Below, one piece after another: positions 1 through 12,177 of a stretch of 64,000 bases of DNA. The notes under the pieces are model-generated. The model ran no database searches. It was not told the origin of the DNA and was given only the letters and a program-made list of their open reading frames with translations. Numbering within the stretch: the first letter of the stretch is position 1; each line of letters opens with the position of its first letter. The stretch is from Vicinamibacteria bacterium. Lineage in GTDB: Bacteria; Acidobacteriota; Vicinamibacteria; Marinacidobacterales; Marinacidobacteraceae. The position numbers and the translations under genes were made by a program. The DNA lies in contig CAXXLQ010000004.1 of assembly GCA_963668695.2 (NCBI GenBank), forward strand, positions 672,001 to 736,000, written 5' to 3'.

Positions 1-764
1 GCGTAGTCGTCGATGGAGGTGTTGCAATACAGATCGTAAGCCTTCTGGTCGTCACTGATCACGACATCGTCCGTCGCTTCACCCTCGCCGCCTACGAAAA
101 TCCCCAACATTTCCCGCAGTAGGCGGGCCGCGGTGGCTACCGCTTCCTGGGGCCTGATCGACCCGTTGGTGTGGACGTCGATGACGAGCTTGTCCAGGTC
201 GGTGTCCTGACCAACCCGCGCCGGCTCAATCTTGTAGTTGACCTTTCGGACCGGGGAATGCGTCGAATCGAGCGGGATGTAACCGATTTCCAGATCGGAA
301 TCCCGGTTCCGCTCGGCCTGGACATAGCCGCGGCCGTTCTTGACCCGCATTTCGACATCCAGTTCCGCCTGCTGCGTGATGGTGGCGATGTGTACATCGG
401 AATCCAGAATCTCGACGTTCGCATCGGTCTCGATGTCTGCCGAGGTCAGGGAACCCGGCTTTCTTCCCTTGAGCCGGATCGTCCTCGGCTCCGCTCCATG
501 GAGGCGCAGAGGGATCCGCTTGAGATTCAGAATGATGTCCAGGGTGTCTTCCTTGACCCCCGGAATCGTGGACATCTCGTGCTGCACACCGTCAAATTTC
601 ACCGCGGTGACAGCCGCGCCCTGGATGGAGGAGATCAGCAGCCGCCGAAGCGCGTTGCCGATGGTGACTCCGTAGCCCCGCTCAAAGGGATGAGCGGAGA
701 ACCGACCGAAATCGTCGCCGCTGGTTTCTATGTTCAGGCCGCTTGGCCGCCGGAGTTCAGACAT
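1..764 (-). CDS. rpoA: RNA polymerase alpha subunit (3' end outside window)
   Basis: Manual translation from ATG at 764: MSELRRPSGLNIETSGDDFGRFSAHPFERGYGVTIGNALRRLLISSIQGAAVTAVKFDGVQHEMSTIPGVKED; follows rpsD. Confidence 0.96.
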   Translation of the reverse strand, partial: MSELRRPSGLNIETSGDDFGRFSAHPFERGYGVTIGNALRRLLISSIQGAAVTAVKFDGVQHEMSTIPGVKEDTLDIILNLKRIPLRLHGAEPRTIRLKGRKPGSLTSADIETDANVEILDSDVHIATITQQAELDVEMRVKNGRGYVQAERNRDSDLEIGYIPLDSTHSPVRKVNYKIEPARVGQDTDLDKLVIDVHTNGSIRPQEAVATAARLLREMLGIFVGGEGEATDDVVISDDQKAYDLYCNTSIDDY

Positions 765-797
765 TTGCGCTCTCTTTTCCTTTTCTTGTCGTACCCG

Positions 798-1430
798 TCA
801 ACGTGAATAGAGCTCGACGATGAGCTGGTCGCGGATCTTGAGTTGCGGGTCTTCGCCGGAGGGAAGCGTGACAACTCGTCCCGACGTCATGTCATCTGCT
901 TCGCGCTGCAGCCAATCCGGAACCCTCCGGCCTTCCGCGCTCTCCATGATCTGTTTGAAGAAATCCTTCTTGCGCGTCTTGTCGCACACGCGGATCACGT
1001 CTCCCTGATCGATGATGTTGGACGGGATGTCCACACGCTTTGCGTTCACCTGGACGTGCCCGTGCCGCACGAAGAGTCGGGCGGCAGCGCGCGACGGAGC
1101 CAGACCGAGGCGATAGACGACGTTGTCCAGCCGTCGCTCGAGAAGCTGCAGCAGGAAGGTGCCGGTCACGGCCCGTTCCCGTTCTGCGCGATCGAAATAC
1201 AGACGGAACTGACGCTCAAGCAAGCCATAGGTGCGCTTCGCCTTCTGCTTCTCGCGAAGCTGAAGCCCGTAGCCCTGAACGCGGCTACGGCGGGTCTTGC
1301 CATGGGCTCCGGGTGCGAAGTTGCGCTTGTCGATGGCGCACTTCGGGCTGAGGCAGCGATCGCCCTTCAAAAAGAGCTTGGCCCCCTCCCGGCGGCAGAG
1401 CCGGCAGACGGGACCGCGATATCTCGCCAA
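798..1430 (-). CDS. rpsD: 30S ribosomal protein S4 (Cys-containing type)
   Basis: MARYRGPVCRLCRREG, LERRLDNVVYRLG, IVELYSR. Confidence 0.98.
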   Translation of the reverse strand: MARYRGPVCRLCRREGAKLFLKGDRCLSPKCAIDKRNFAPGAHGKTRRSRVQGYGLQLREKQKAKRTYGLLERQFRLYFDRAERERAVTGTFLLQLLERRLDNVVYRLGLAPSRAAARLFVRHGHVQVNAKRVDIPSNIIDQGDVIRVCDKTRKKDFFKQIMESAEGRRVPDWLQREADDMTSGRVVTLPSGEDPQLKIRDQLIVELYSR

Positions 1431-1439
1431 GATCTCCTC

Positions 1440-1841
1440 CTAGTTCCGGCGTTTCTTGGGTGGCCGGCACCCGTTATGCGGAATCGGGGTGACGTCCCTG
1501 ATGGACTTGACCTCGATACCGGCGGCCGATACGGCCCGGATCGCTGCTTCGCGTCCGGCACCGGGGCCCTTCACCTTGACTTCTACATGAGTGCAACCAC
1601 GCGAGCGGGCCTCGCGCGAGGCCGCACCGGCGGCCTGCTGCGCTGCAAACGGCGTCTGCTTCCGTGAACCCTTGAAACCCTGCGATCCGGCGCTGGCCCA
1701 ACAGACCACGTTTCCAGCCGGATCCGCGAAGGTGATGATCGTATTGTGGTACGTCGCCTGGACCGATACGACACCGGCGGTCAGCATGCGCTTCTCGCGC
1801 TTCTTCCCGGTACGGCGACGAGTTGTCTTCTTCTTTGCCAT
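1440..1841 (-). CDS. rpsK: 30S ribosomal protein S11
   Basis: [28 protein letters not shown]. Confidence 0.98.
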   Translation of the reverse strand: MAKKKTTRRRTGKKREKRMLTAGVVSVQATYHNTIITFADPAGNVVCWASAGSQGFKGSRKQTPFAAQQAAGAASREARSRGCTHVEVKVKGPGAGREAAIRAVSAAGIEVKSIRDVTPIPHNGCRPPKKRRN

Positions 1842-1875
1842 GTGGTGTTCCTAGTTCCTGCGGGTAAGGATTCCC

Positions 1876-2241
1876 TTAGCGCCGGCGCATGCCGACCCGG
1901 CGGGGACCCCGGCGGGTCCGGGCGTTGGTCTTCGTGCGCTGCCCCCGCGCCGGAAGGCCGCGACGGTGCCGAAGTCCGCGATAGCAACCGATGTCCATCA
2001 GGCGCTTCAGGTCCATGGAGATCCGCTTCCTCAGGTCTCCTTCGACCCCGCCCTCGTCATCCATGACGCGGCTGATACGACTGACTTCCTCTTCGGTCAG
2101 ATCGCTGACTCGCCGGTGACGTTCGATCCCGGCTTTGTCCAGCATGGTCACCGAGCGGTGAAACCCCACACCGTAGATATACGTCAGCCCGATGTCGATG
2201 CGCTTGGCACGCGGCAGGTCAACGCCGGCAATTCTGGCCAT
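1876..2241 (-). CDS. rpsM: 30S ribosomal protein S13
   Basis: [22 protein letters not shown]. Confidence 0.98.
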   Translation of the reverse strand: MARIAGVDLPRAKRIDIGLTYIYGVGFHRSVTMLDKAGIERHRRVSDLTEEEVSRISRVMDDEGGVEGDLRKRISMDLKRLMDIGCYRGLRHRRGLPARGQRTKTNARTRRGPRRVGMRRR

Positions 2242-2328
2242 CGGTCAGTTCCTCACTTTTTCCACCGGCCGGCCCAACCGGCAGGCGATTCGGCAGGGAA
2301 TTCTGCTTAGAGAGCTAGTCACGACACA

Positions 2329-2442
2329 TCACCCCTGCCGCTGTTTGTGCTTCGGGTTTTCGCAGATCACCCGCACGACCCCGCGACGCCGGACAATCTT
2401 GCATTTGGCGCACATGCGCCGCACAGACGCGCGAACCTTCAT
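2329..2442 (-). CDS. rpmJ: 50S ribosomal protein L36
   Basis: Manual translation (too short for the ORF track): [37 protein letters not shown]. Confidence 0.97.
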   Translation of the reverse strand: MKVRASVRRMCAKCKIVRRRGVVRVICENPKHKQRQG

Positions 2443-2452
2443 TCTGCCACTC

Positions 2453-2674
2453 CTACTTGCACCGATACACGATCCGGCCGCGGCTCAGATCGTAGGGAGA
2501 AAGCTCCACCAGTACGCGGTCGCCCGGTAGTACCTTGATGAAACTCTTCCGCATCTTGCCCGAGACGTGGGCGAGCACCTTGTGATCGCCGCTGTCGAGC
2601 TTCACCCGGAACATAGCGTTTGGCAGTGGCTCCATGACGATGGCCTCCACAGATATAGCGTCTTCCTTAGACAT
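2453..2674 (-). CDS. infA: Translation initiation factor IF-1
   Basis: [24 protein letters not shown]...HVSGKMR...[16 protein letters not shown]; start trimmed to ATG 2674. Confidence 0.97.
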   Translation of the reverse strand: MSKEDAISVEAIVMEPLPNAMFRVKLDSGDHKVLAHVSGKMRKSFIKVLPGDRVLVELSPYDLSRGRIVYRCK

Positions 2675-3458
2675 GATCCTCCTCTGAACCCGGGTTTTCG
2701 GGGTTCTGCTTTCTGGGCTCCGCCAGAATCCAGGGACCACCCTCCATGACTGCGATGGACCGCTCAAAGTGCGCGGATGCGCTTCCGTCCGCGGTAACGA
2801 CAGTCCACCGGTCCCGCTTCACTCGCACATCCGGGCTCCCACGATTCACCATGGGTTCGATCGCGATGACTGCACCCGGAATCAAAAGAGTCCGCTTGCG
2901 CGGATCGTAGAAGTTCGGAATCCAGGGCTCCGCGTGCAGACTCGTTCCGATGCCATGCCCGCCGTACTCCCGAACCACGGAATAGCCGTGGCTCTCGGCA
3001 TGGGTCTGCACCGCACGCCCGATGTCCGAAATGCTGTTCCCGGGACGTGCGGCCGCGATTCCCGCGTGAAGAGCCGCTTCAGTGACCTCGAGCAGATGAG
3101 CGATCTCGTCGTCGATTTGACCGACCGCAACCGTCGTGGCGTTGTCGCCGTAGTAGCCGTCCACGATGCAGCCGAAGTCGAGGCTTACGATGTCGCCCTC
3201 GCGCAGTTTCCGCCACCGTGACGGGATCCCGTGGACGACCTCGTCGTTGACGGAAACACACAGGGTAGCCGGGAATCCGTGGTATCCCTTGAAGGCGGGA
3301 GGCACGCCGTGACGCTTGAGGTTGTCGGCCGCAACCCGGTCGAGGTGAGCCGTGGTCACCCCCGGTTCCACCGTCCGGGAAAGCAGCTCCAAAGTCTCCA
3401 CCGTAATCGCGTTTGCCTGGTGGAGCTTGTCGAGCTCTACGTCGGACCTGGAGATCAC
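2667..3458 (-). CDS. map: Type I methionine aminopeptidase
   Basis: [16 protein letters not shown]...H.EP, AIEPMV, SAHFE; position between adk and infA. Confidence 0.96.
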   Translation of the reverse strand: MISRSDVELDKLHQANAITVETLELLSRTVEPGVTTAHLDRVAADNLKRHGVPPAFKGYHGFPATLCVSVNDEVVHGIPSRWRKLREGDIVSLDFGCIVDGYYGDNATTVAVGQIDDEIAHLLEVTEAALHAGIAAARPGNSISDIGRAVQTHAESHGYSVVREYGGHGIGTSLHAEPWIPNFYDPRKRTLLIPGAVIAIEPMVNRGSPDVRVKRDRWTVVTADGSASAHFERSIAVMEGGPWILAEPRKQNPENPGSEEDHV

Positions 3459-4036
3459 TGGGACACCAACTGTGCCGTCGCGAACGTCAGGGCCACGCGG
3501 AGGCGGCCGAACACTTCGTCTCGAGACCCGATCCCGGAAACATGGACGGCCCGGTCCCCGTAGTAGTCGAGTAGCGGATAGGACTCGGACTCGTAGATCT
3601 GGAGCCGACGGCGGAACGCTTCCTCGCTGTCATCCTGCCGTCCGTCCGTACTGCGCCGGTCTCGTACGCGCGCCGCGAGTTCCTCCCGCGGAACGGCAAT
3701 ATTCGCGATCCACTCGGTAGCGCCAAGCCTCGACAGGACCTCATCAAGGGCCCGAGCCTGGGCCTCGTTCCGGGGGTAACCGTCAAGGATGAAGCCCCGG
3801 CTGCAGTCGGAAGCGGCGATCCTCTCCTCGACGATTCCCAGCACGATACGGTCGCTCACCAACCCACCGGCCGCCATGATCTCGCGCGCCTCCATCCCGA
3901 GTTCGGTGCCGTCCTCGACCGCCTGCCGGAGAATGGCTCCGGTCGAGATGTGGGGCAGTCCCAAGGATTCGGCGAGCCGCACCGCTTGCGTGCCCTTCCC
4001 GGACCCGGGTGCGCCGAGAAGAATGATGGCGTTCAT
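3455..4036 (-). CDS. adk: Adenylate kinase (short-LID type)
   Basis: LLGAPGSGKGTQA, HISTG, GFILDGYPR, GRQDD; start trimmed to ATG 4036. Confidence 0.96.
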   Translation of the reverse strand: MNAIILLGAPGSGKGTQAVRLAESLGLPHISTGAILRQAVEDGTELGMEAREIMAAGGLVSDRIVLGIVEERIAASDCSRGFILDGYPRNEAQARALDEVLSRLGATEWIANIAVPREELAARVRDRRSTDGRQDDSEEAFRRRLQIYESESYPLLDYYGDRAVHVSGIGSRDEVFGRLRVALTFATAQLVSQ

Positions 4037-4052
4037 GTCAGACCGCACCACG

Positions 4053-5434
<1,382 letters not shown>

Positions 5435-5438
<4 letters not shown>

Positions 5439-5959
5439 TTGCGGGTTTCGGTGTGTTCGGCGTTGCCACCAATGAGGTCTACGGTCCCGCCGGCTGCTTC
5501 GATTTTCCGCCGGGCGGCAGCGCTGAAGGCGTGGGCGCGCACGGTGAGACGCCGCTCCAACTCGCCCCCGCCGAGAATCTTGATGCGATATGGACGAGGC
5601 CGGACCAGCAACGCGGGTCCGTCCGGCTCTGTCCGGTAGATGCGGGCGCCGTGAACGAGGCGGGTAGCCACCAGTTCGAGTTCGCCAACCGTCGCGCCGT
5701 CTTCGAAGCGATTGAGATCGCTGAGATTGACGATCTCCTGACGGGTTCTGAAGATGTTCGTAAACCCGCGCTTCGGCACCCGGCGAACGAGGGGCATCTG
5801 GCCACCCTCAAAGCCCTTACGAAGGGAGTATCCGGACCGGGAACGGGCCCCTTTGTGGCCACGCCCGGCAGTCTTTCCGGTTCCCGATCCGGGGCCGCGT
5901 CCCACTCGCTTGCGTTGCCGGACAGCGCCCTCGGGCGGTGCCAATTCATGAAGGCTCAC
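5435..5959 (-). CDS. rplO: 50S ribosomal protein L15
   Basis: [36 protein letters not shown]. Confidence 0.97.
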
Positions 5960-5971
5960 TTGTTCTGGTCC

Positions 5972-6211
5972 TCATTCACCATCGGCCGGTTCAGCCGACT
6001 CTTCGACAATGCGGACAAGGTGCGGAACGCGTCGCACCATGCCGCGGATCATCGGGTTGTCCGGCCGGGAAGCGGTCGCTCCCAGCCGGCGAAGCCCCAG
6101 CCCCTTCACGACTTCGCGCTGGTAGCGGGTCGTACCGGCCAATCCCCGCACGAGCTGTACGACAATCGTCGCCTTCTCTCGGGTAGCGGCAGTTTCTTCT
6201 GACTCTGTCAT
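5972..6211 (-). CDS. rpmD: 50S ribosomal protein L30
   Basis: GLGLRR...DNPMIRGMVRRVPHLV; position between rpsE and rplO. Confidence 0.93.
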   Translation of the reverse strand: MTESEETAATREKATIVVQLVRGLAGTTRYQREVVKGLGLRRLGATASRPDNPMIRGMVRRVPHLVRIVEESAEPADGE

Positions 6212-6218
6212 GGCTTCT

Positions 6219-6422
6219 TAGGTACTCATGGACAAGGTGGCGCGAGCGCCGAGAGTGGCCAGTCTCCCGGTGGGGGCGAGGCGCCCGGCGGACAAGGCGC
6301 GCGAGGGAGGAATACCTGATGTATTTCGACCGAAGCGCAACGATGAGCGGAGCGGAGCGGAGTGGTTCAGCCGGGATGGATCGCCGGTCGAACGCCGTGT
6401 CACTTTGTTCATGAGTTGCTTA
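6219..6422 (+). mobile_element. ~200-bp palindromic dispersed element, copy A (rpsE-rpmD spacer)
   Basis: Paired ends ACTCATGGACAAGGTGGC / GTCACTTTGTTCATGAGT; core CAAGGCGCGCGAGGGAGGAATAC..GTATTTCGACCGAAGCGCAACG shared with the other copies. Confidence 0.85.
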
Positions 6423-6986
6423 TGCAGAGATCTCCGCCTCGATGTGACTCACGTCCTTGCCTCGAAGCTCCGCCACGGCGGACTTGGAGCGAAGGGAGAG
6501 CAGCGCGACCATCGTCGCCTCCACCACATTCTTCGGGTTTGAGGTGCCGAGCGATTTCGTCAGGATGTCCTTGATTCCAGCAAGCTCGATGACAGCACGC
6601 ACCGGCCCACCAGCGATGACGCCCGTCCCCTCCGATGCAGGCTTGAGGAGAACCCGACCGGCGCCGAACACGCCAACGACCCCGTGAGCAATGGTGGTCC
6701 CCTCGCGGGGAATCTCGGTCAGGTTCTTCTTGGCGATCTCAATACCCTTCTTGATCGCCGCCGGCACCTCTCGGGCCTTGCCGAGACCGAAACCCACGCG
6801 TCCATCCTCATTTCCAACCACTACCAAGGCGGAAAAGGACAGGTTCTTGCCGCCCTTCACCACTTTCGTTACCCGGTTGATGGAGACGACCTTGTCCTTG
6901 AGATCAGGATCGCCGGTGCGCTCCACCTGTGTGTTGCGGGAACCGCTGCGGGGCCTCGACCGGCCGCCGAAATCCATGTTCAGCAC
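6420..6986 (-). CDS. rpsE: 30S ribosomal protein S5
   Basis: [34 protein letters not shown]; start could be ATG 6977. Confidence 0.97.
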   Translation of the reverse strand: MLNMDFGGRSRPRSGSRNTQVERTGDPDLKDKVVSINRVTKVVKGGKNLSFSALVVVGNEDGRVGFGLGKAREVPAAIKKGIEIAKKNLTEIPREGTTIAHGVVGVFGAGRVLLKPASEGTGVIAGGPVRAVIELAGIKDILTKSLGTSNPKNVVEATMVALLSLRSKSAVAELRGKDVSHIEAEISA

Positions 6987-7333
6987 TTGACGCCTCCATT
7001 CCTTACGGCGTCGGCGAGCGCCTTGATCCTGCCGTGGTAGTGAGCCCCGCCCCTGTCGAAGACAACGGTCTCAATGCCCGCAGCCCGCGCCCGTTCGGCC
7101 AGCTTCTCGCCAACTACGGTAGCGCCCTGGGCATTCCCGCCACCCTCGATCCCAGCTTCGCGACTTCCAGCAGCAACCAGAGTTCGGCCGGCGGAGTCGT
7201 CAATGACCTGCGCGTAGATGTGCTTCAACGACCGGTAGACCGCAAGCCGAGGTCGCTCGGACGTACCGACGATCTTTCGGCGAATGCGGGCATGGATGCG
7301 CTGCCTTCGCTGGCGGCGGGTGGTGATTCGCAT
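6980..7333 (-). CDS. rplR: 50S ribosomal protein L18
   Basis: [36 protein letters not shown]. Confidence 0.97.
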   Translation of the reverse strand: MRITTRRQRRQRIHARIRRKIVGTSERPRLAVYRSLKHIYAQVIDDSAGRTLVAAGSREAGIEGGGNAQGATVVGEKLAERARAAGIETVVFDRGGAHYHGRIKALADAVRNGGVKC

Positions 7334-7366
7334 GGCTCCCTCTGTCCTCGGGATCTAATCTCGGGA

Positions 7367-7900
7367 TCAGGCCCCGGTCTTCCCGGCCTTCTTGATGAGA
7401 CGTTCGCCGGTGTAGCGAACCCCTTTCTGCTTGTACGGATCCGGCTTCCTGAGGGCGCGCATGCGCGCGGCCACCTCTCCGACGGCCTGTTTGTCAGCGC
7501 CGGACACGACGACATGGGTGTTCTTCTCGATCTGGACGTCAACTCCATCGGGGAGCGGCAACTCGATAGGGTGGGAATAACCCAGGGAAAAGGAGACTTT
7601 CCGGCCCTTTACCCGCGCGCGATAGCCGACACCGACGATGTCCAGTTCCTTCCGGAAACCTTCCGTAACTCCCGTCACGGCGTTCGCGAGGAGAGCCCTG
7701 GTGAGCCCCCAATAGGCCCGGTTCCCGGCCCCTTCCGACAGAGACACCTGAGCCACGCTGTTCTCGAGCTGCACTTCTATGCCCGGAAGAAGCGGACTCG
7801 TGAGGACGCCTTTCGGCCCCTTCACACGGACCTGCGAACTCTCGATCGTGACCGAGACTCCGGACGGGACGGGAATCGGTTTGGCGCCTATGCGGGACAT
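7367..7900 (-). CDS. rplF: 50S ribosomal protein L6
   Basis: MSRIGAKPI, LGYSHP, RKPDPYKQKGVRY. Confidence 0.98.
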   Translation of the reverse strand: MSRIGAKPIPVPSGVSVTIESSQVRVKGPKGVLTSPLLPGIEVQLENSVAQVSLSEGAGNRAYWGLTRALLANAVTGVTEGFRKELDIVGVGYRARVKGRKVSFSLGYSHPIELPLPDGVDVQIEKNTHVVVSGADKQAVGEVAARMRALRKPDPYKQKGVRYTGERLIKKAGKTGA

Positions 7901-7915
7901 GACATCAACCTCGGC

Positions 7916-8311
7916 CTACCACACCTGGCAGAGCACTTCTCCACCCACGCCGAGATGACGGGCCTGGCCCCCGGTCATCACTCCTCGGGACGTGGAAAGC
8001 AGGGTGACACCGAGCCCTCCTTGCGCCTTGGGAATCTTCTGGTACGAAACGTAGACGCGCGTTCCCGGCCGGGAAACCCTTTTCAGCCCCGTCAATGCGT
8101 CGCGGTTGCCGGGGAGCCGCCGCAACTTGATGCGGATCGCGTCCTGGGGCGGAGAGGAGCGTCGCTCCCAACCGTCCACATATCCCTCCTCGTGAAGGAT
8201 CCGCGCAATCTCCTCTTTGAGCTTCGAAGCGGGCATCTCGACAAAATCGTGCCGCGCCTGAATCGCGTTCCGGAGACGGGTGAGCATGTCAGCCACTGGG
8301 TCAGACCACAT
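7916..8311 (-). CDS. rpsH: 30S ribosomal protein S8
   Basis: DPVADMLTRLRNA, RVSRPG.RVY, STSRGVMT, GGEVLCQVW. Confidence 0.98.
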   Translation of the reverse strand: MWSDPVADMLTRLRNAIQARHDFVEMPASKLKEEIARILHEEGYVDGWERRSSPPQDAIRIKLRRLPGNRDALTGLKRVSRPGTRVYVSYQKIPKAQGGLGVTLLSTSRGVMTGGQARHLGVGGEVLCQVW

Positions 8312-8323
8312 CAGAACGCCTCC

Positions 8324-8509
8324 TTACCAACTCGCCTTGATGATGCCGGGAATTTCCCCGGCGAGCGCCAGCTTGCGGAAACACAGACGGCAGAGGCCGA
8401 ACTTCCGATAGTAGGCCCGTGGACGGCCGCAACTCAGGCACCGGTTATAGCGCCGCACCTCGAACCTCGGCCGCTTCTTTGCCTTGGCAATTAGCGATTT
8501 TTTCGCCAA
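8324..8509 (-). CDS. rpsN: 30S ribosomal protein S14, zinc-binding type Z
   Basis: 61 aa, RCLSCGRPR...LCRLCFR...KASW. Confidence 0.97.
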   Translation of the reverse strand: MAKKSLIAKAKKRPRFEVRRYNRCLSCGRPRAYYRKFGLCRLCFRKLALAGEIPGIIKASW

Positions 8510-8542
8510 AACCCTTTCCTCTACTTCTTCAGCTCTTCAAAA

Positions 8543-9091
8543 CTACGCTTCGCGGCGGGCGAACGGCATCCCAAAGGCGCGAAGCAGTTCTCTCGCTTCC
8601 TCGTCGCTCGTCGCGGTTGTGCAGATGGTTACGTTCATGCCACGCGTCTTCTCGATCTTCGAATAGTCGATCTCGGGGAACACGGATTGGTCCGTCAGGC
8701 CCAGCGTGTAGTTCCCCCGCCCATCGAAAGCCCGTTCCGAAACGCCGCGAAAATCGTGCACCCGCGGCAACGCGATATTGATCAGCCGGTCCATGAACTC
8801 GTACATCCGCGTTCCACGCATGGTGACCCGCGCGCCGACCGGCATTCCGTCCCGGATCTTGAAGTTGGCGATGGACTTCCGGGCACGGGTGACTACGGGT
8901 TGCTGCCCGGTGATCGCAGTGAGATCGGCGACCGCGGCATCGATGAACTTATGTTCCCGCGCCCCTTCTCCTACGCCCATGTTGACGACCACCTTGGTCA
9001 CTCGAGGGACCGCGTGGACGCTCGCAATCTGCAGTCTGGCCCGCAGTTCGGGAGCGATTGTCTCCCGATACCGGACACGAAGGCGACTCAC
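8543..9091 (-). CDS. rplE: 50S ribosomal protein L5
   Basis: [31 protein letters not shown]. Confidence 0.98.
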   Translation of the reverse strand: MSRLRVRYRETIAPELRARLQIASVHAVPRVTKVVVNMGVGEGAREHKFIDAAVADLTAITGQQPVVTRARKSIANFKIRDGMPVGARVTMRGTRMYEFMDRLINIALPRVHDFRGVSERAFDGRGNYTLGLTDQSVFPEIDYSKIEKTRGMNVTICTTATSDEEARELLRAFGMPFARREA

Positions 9092-9447
9092 TTGTCAATC
9101 ACTCCCTGGGAACGGACGCTCACCCGAACCTTGCGTCCATCGGTCAGACGGGTCCTCCCGATCCGGGTCGGGAGATTGGTCTCCGGATCCACGAGCATGA
9201 CGTTGCTGATCGCTATCGAGGCCTCTCGTTCGACGACACCACCCTTGATGTTCTGCCGCGGGTTTGCCTTCGTATGCCGCTTGATCATGTTGATGCCCTC
9301 AACGAGGACACGCCCTTTCTCCCGCAATACCCGGAGGATCCGGCCCCGCTTGCCCATGTCGCTCCCCGCCACGATCTGGACCAGATCCTTCTTGCGAACG
9401 TGCAAACGCCGCGGCGCGGGCACAGTGTTCTTGCGGGCCATCGTCAC
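9088..9447 (-). CDS. rplX: 50S ribosomal protein L24
   Basis: KOW motif [24 protein letters not shown]. Confidence 0.96.
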   Translation of the reverse strand: MTMARKNTVPAPRRLHVRKKDLVQIVAGSDMGKRGRILRVLREKGRVLVEGINMIKRHTKANPRQNIKGGVVEREASIAISNVMLVDPETNLPTRIGRTRLTDGRKVRVSVRSQGVIDK

Positions 9448-9812
9448 AAGACCTCCGGCGCCAGCGAAACAATCTTCATGAACTGGCGCTCGCGCAGTTC
9501 GCGGGCAACCGGGCCGAACACACGGGTTCCGGTGGGCTCGCGCTGCTCATTGATCAGTACCGCGGCGTTGTCTCCGAAGCGGATGTAAGAGCCATCGGCC
9601 CTGCGGTGCTCCTTGCGCGTCCTCACGATGACGGCCCTGACGACCGTGCCCTTCTTGACGGCACTGCCTGGAGCGGCTTCACGGACCGAGGCGGTGATGA
9701 CATCCCCGAGCCGGGCGATGCGACCCACCCCGCCGCCCAGGGGAAGAATGCAGGTCACCCGGCGAGCCCCCGAGTTGTCGGCGACCTGCAGCACCGACTG
9801 CATCTGAATCAT
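9444..9812 (-). CDS. rplN: 50S ribosomal protein L14
   Basis: [16 protein letters not shown]...[13 protein letters not shown]...SLAPEVL; 122 aa from ATG 9812. Confidence 0.98.
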   Translation of the reverse strand: MIQMQSVLQVADNSGARRVTCILPLGGGVGRIARLGDVITASVREAAPGSAVKKGTVVRAVIVRTRKEHRRADGSYIRFGDNAAVLINEQREPTGTRVFGPVARELRERQFMKIVSLAPEVL

Positions 9813-10054
9813 GAGGCCCGCTCCAGAATCTTGAGCAACCGGAAGCGCTTCGTCCGAGACTGGGGGCGGCATTCCTCGATCTGAACGCGGTCTCCAATAC
9901 GGCCCTCGTTCTTCTCGTCGTGAACCGCAAAGCGGGTGGATTTCCGATACCGGCGCTTGTACAGACGGTGTTCCACCAGCCGCTCCACAAGCACCGTAAT
10001 GGTCTTTTCGGCGCCGCTCTTAACCACGGTTCCGGCCTTGATCAGTCTTGGCAT
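9809..10054 (-). CDS. rpsQ: 30S ribosomal protein S17
   Basis: [28 protein letters not shown]. Confidence 0.96.
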   Translation of the reverse strand: MPRLIKAGTVVKSGAEKTITVLVERLVEHRLYKRRYRKSTRFAVHDEKNEGRIGDRVQIEECRPQSRTKRFRLLKILERAS

Positions 10055-10087
10055 AACGTTCTTTCCGTTCGCATTCTTCTGCGGCCC

Positions 10088-10318
10088 TCAGGAACCAGCA
10101 ACGCTGCTTCCCGGGGCATCGCCCCCGATTTGGAGTTCACGCTCCCTCATGATGGTTTGTAGGCGGGCGACCTCCCGCCGCAGCGTCTGCACCTTGTGCG
10201 TGTGCCCAAGCTGACCGGTGGCGGCTTCGAGTCGGGCATCGAAGAGTTGCCGAGTCACTTCTTGCTGCTTCCTCAGGAGTTCTTCGTGAGTCAACTCCCG
10301 AATCCGGGCGGGCTTCAC
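10088..10318 (-). CDS. rpmC: 50S ribosomal protein L29
   Basis: MKPARIREL...ATGQL...RREVARLQT; synteny. Confidence 0.94.
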   Translation of the reverse strand: MKPARIRELTHEELLRKQQEVTRQLFDARLEAATGQLGHTHKVQTLRREVARLQTIMRERELQIGGDAPGSSVAGS

Positions 10319-10737
10319 GATGCCTCCTCCTCAAAGCGACCGACGAACTGCGTTCGCACCGGAAGCTTGTGACTCGCCCGGCGCATCGCCTGAACGGCCT
10401 GCTCGCGGCTGACGCCTTCCATTTCGAAGAGAACCCGCCCCGGGCGCACCACGGCAACCCATCCTTCGGGGCCACCCTTTCCCTTCCCCATGCGGGTCTC
10501 CTGGGGCTTCTTCGTCACAGGCTTGTCCGGAAAGATCCGAATCCAGACTCGACCGGTCCGGCGGACGAACCGGGTGATGGCCACCCGCGCTGACTCGATT
10601 TGGCGATTCGTGATCCATCCCGGTTCCAGCGTCTTGAGACCGAAATCACCGAATGCCACGGTCTGGCCGGTCCAGGACTTGCCCCGCATGCGACCGCGCT
10701 GTTGTTTGCGGTACCGGGTCTTCTTCGGCATCAGCAT
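10315..10737 (-). CDS. rplP: 50S ribosomal protein L16
   Basis: [40 protein letters not shown]. Confidence 0.98.
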   Translation of the reverse strand: MLMPKKTRYRKQQRGRMRGKSWTGQTVAFGDFGLKTLEPGWITNRQIESARVAITRFVRRTGRVWIRIFPDKPVTKKPQETRMGKGKGGPEGWVAVVRPGRVLFEMEGVSREQAVQAMRRASHKLPVRTQFVGRFEEEAS

Positions 10738-10761
10738 GACGTCTGTCCTCCCGGATCCTCT

Positions 10762-11466
10762 CTAGGCCCCGCGCGGCGCTGGCTCGTTAGAGCCAGAGGC
10801 TGCCGACTTCGCCGCAATCTCCGGACGCCCCGGCCGACTGACGACGTCGCTGACACCGCGATAAACCCAGCACTTCACGCCGATCTGGCCGTAGGTCGTA
10901 AAGGCCTCGGCGAACCCGTATTCAATGTCCGCCCGCAGCGTATGCAGCGGGAGTTGTCCTTCCAGATACCACTCCGCCCGGGCGATGTCGGCGCCGTTGA
11001 GCCGGCCGGCGCACCGAATCCGGACTCCCTTGGCTCCATTGCGCATGGTGTTCTCGATCGCTTTACGCATCGCCCGCCGAAAAGCGATCCGCTTCTCCAG
11101 CTGGAGGGCAATGGACTCGGCGACCAGTTGCGGGTCGAGCTCCGGCTTGATGACCTCCAGAGGACGAATGTGGACTTCCTTTCCGGTGCGCTTGCGCAGA
11201 TCCCGGGTGAGCTTTTCCACTTCGGTGCCCTTGCGGCCAATGATGATTCCGGGCCGGGAGGTGTGGATATAGATGTTGAGCTTGTTGCCCGGCCGCTCGA
11301 TCTCAACGCGTGAGATGCCCGCGTGGTAGAGGCGCTTCTTCAGAAAGCGACGCAGTTGCAGGTCTTCGTGCAGCGAGTCCCGGTAGGAACTATCCGCATA
11401 CCACCGAGAACGCCAGGTCTTGCTGTATCCAAGCCTGAAGCCGTGCGGGTGTACTTTTTGACCCAT
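10762..11466 (-). CDS. rpsC: 30S ribosomal protein S3
   Basis: [32 protein letters not shown]. Confidence 0.98.
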   Translation of the reverse strand: MGQKVHPHGFRLGYSKTWRSRWYADSSYRDSLHEDLQLRRFLKKRLYHAGISRVEIERPGNKLNIYIHTSRPGIIIGRKGTEVEKLTRDLRKRTGKEVHIRPLEVIKPELDPQLVAESIALQLEKRIAFRRAMRKAIENTMRNGAKGVRIRCAGRLNGADIARAEWYLEGQLPLHTLRADIEYGFAEAFTTYGQIGVKCWVYRGVSDVVSRPGRPEIAAKSAASGSNEPAPRGA

Positions 11467-11468
11467 TC

Positions 11469-11828
11469 CTATTCCTCTTCCACGGCAGTTACGCGGATCG
11501 TGTAGTGCGTGGTGCGCCGGCGAATGCGCCGGATACGGGCCCTCCGGCCGCCACGGGCGATCGACCGAGCCGGTCCCTGGTCGGCAAACGCTTCGGAGAC
11601 GATGAGCTGGTCCTCATCGATCCGCTTTGCTTCCCCAAGGGCCTTGGTCTGGGCATTCGCGATCGCGGATCGCAACACCTTCTCGATGATGGGAGCCGGC
11701 GCGCGATTCGTGTTCTGCAGCAGAGAAATGGCGTCCGCGGCAGGCTTGTCGCGAATGAGGTCCAGAACCAACCGCGCCTTCTGAGCAGATCCAGGGACCG
11801 CCGTCGCACGAGCAACTGCTTCGATCAC
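11469..11828 (-). CDS. rplV: 50S ribosomal protein L22
   Basis: [23 protein letters not shown]; between rpsS and rpsC; tunnel loop divergent. Confidence 0.95.
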   Translation of the reverse strand: MIEAVARATAVPGSAQKARLVLDLIRDKPAADAISLLQNTNRAPAPIIEKVLRSAIANAQTKALGEAKRIDEDQLIVSEAFADQGPARSIARGGRRARIRRIRRRTTHYTIRVTAVEEE

Positions 11829-11871
11829 GGTGTCACCCCCGGCCCTGGAAAGCGCACCCGCGTCCGCGGCC

Positions 11872-12156
11872 TCATCGGCGGCCTCTCGACTTCTCGGTCT
11901 TCACCTTGTGACCCTTGAAGGTCCTCGTCGGGGAAAACTCACCGAGCTTGTGCCCCACCATGGTGTCCGTCACATAGACCGGAATGAACTTGCGGCCATT
12001 GTGAACGGCAAAGGTCAAACCGACCATTTGCGGAACGATCGTGGAGCGCCGTGACCAGGTCTTGATAATCGTCTGCCGACGCGCGACGTGCGCATCTTCG
12101 ACCTTACGGATAAGGCTCTCTTCAATGTAGGGGCCCTTCTGAATTGAACGCGGCAT
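11872..12156 (-). CDS. rpsS: 30S ribosomal protein S19
   Basis: [31 protein letters not shown]. Confidence 0.98.
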   Translation of the reverse strand: MPRSIQKGPYIEESLIRKVEDAHVARRQTIIKTWSRRSTIVPQMVGLTFAVHNGRKFIPVYVTDTMVGHKLGEFSPTRTFKGHKVKTEKSRGRR

Positions 12157-12177
12157 GTGCTTCTACCCTTTCCGCTT

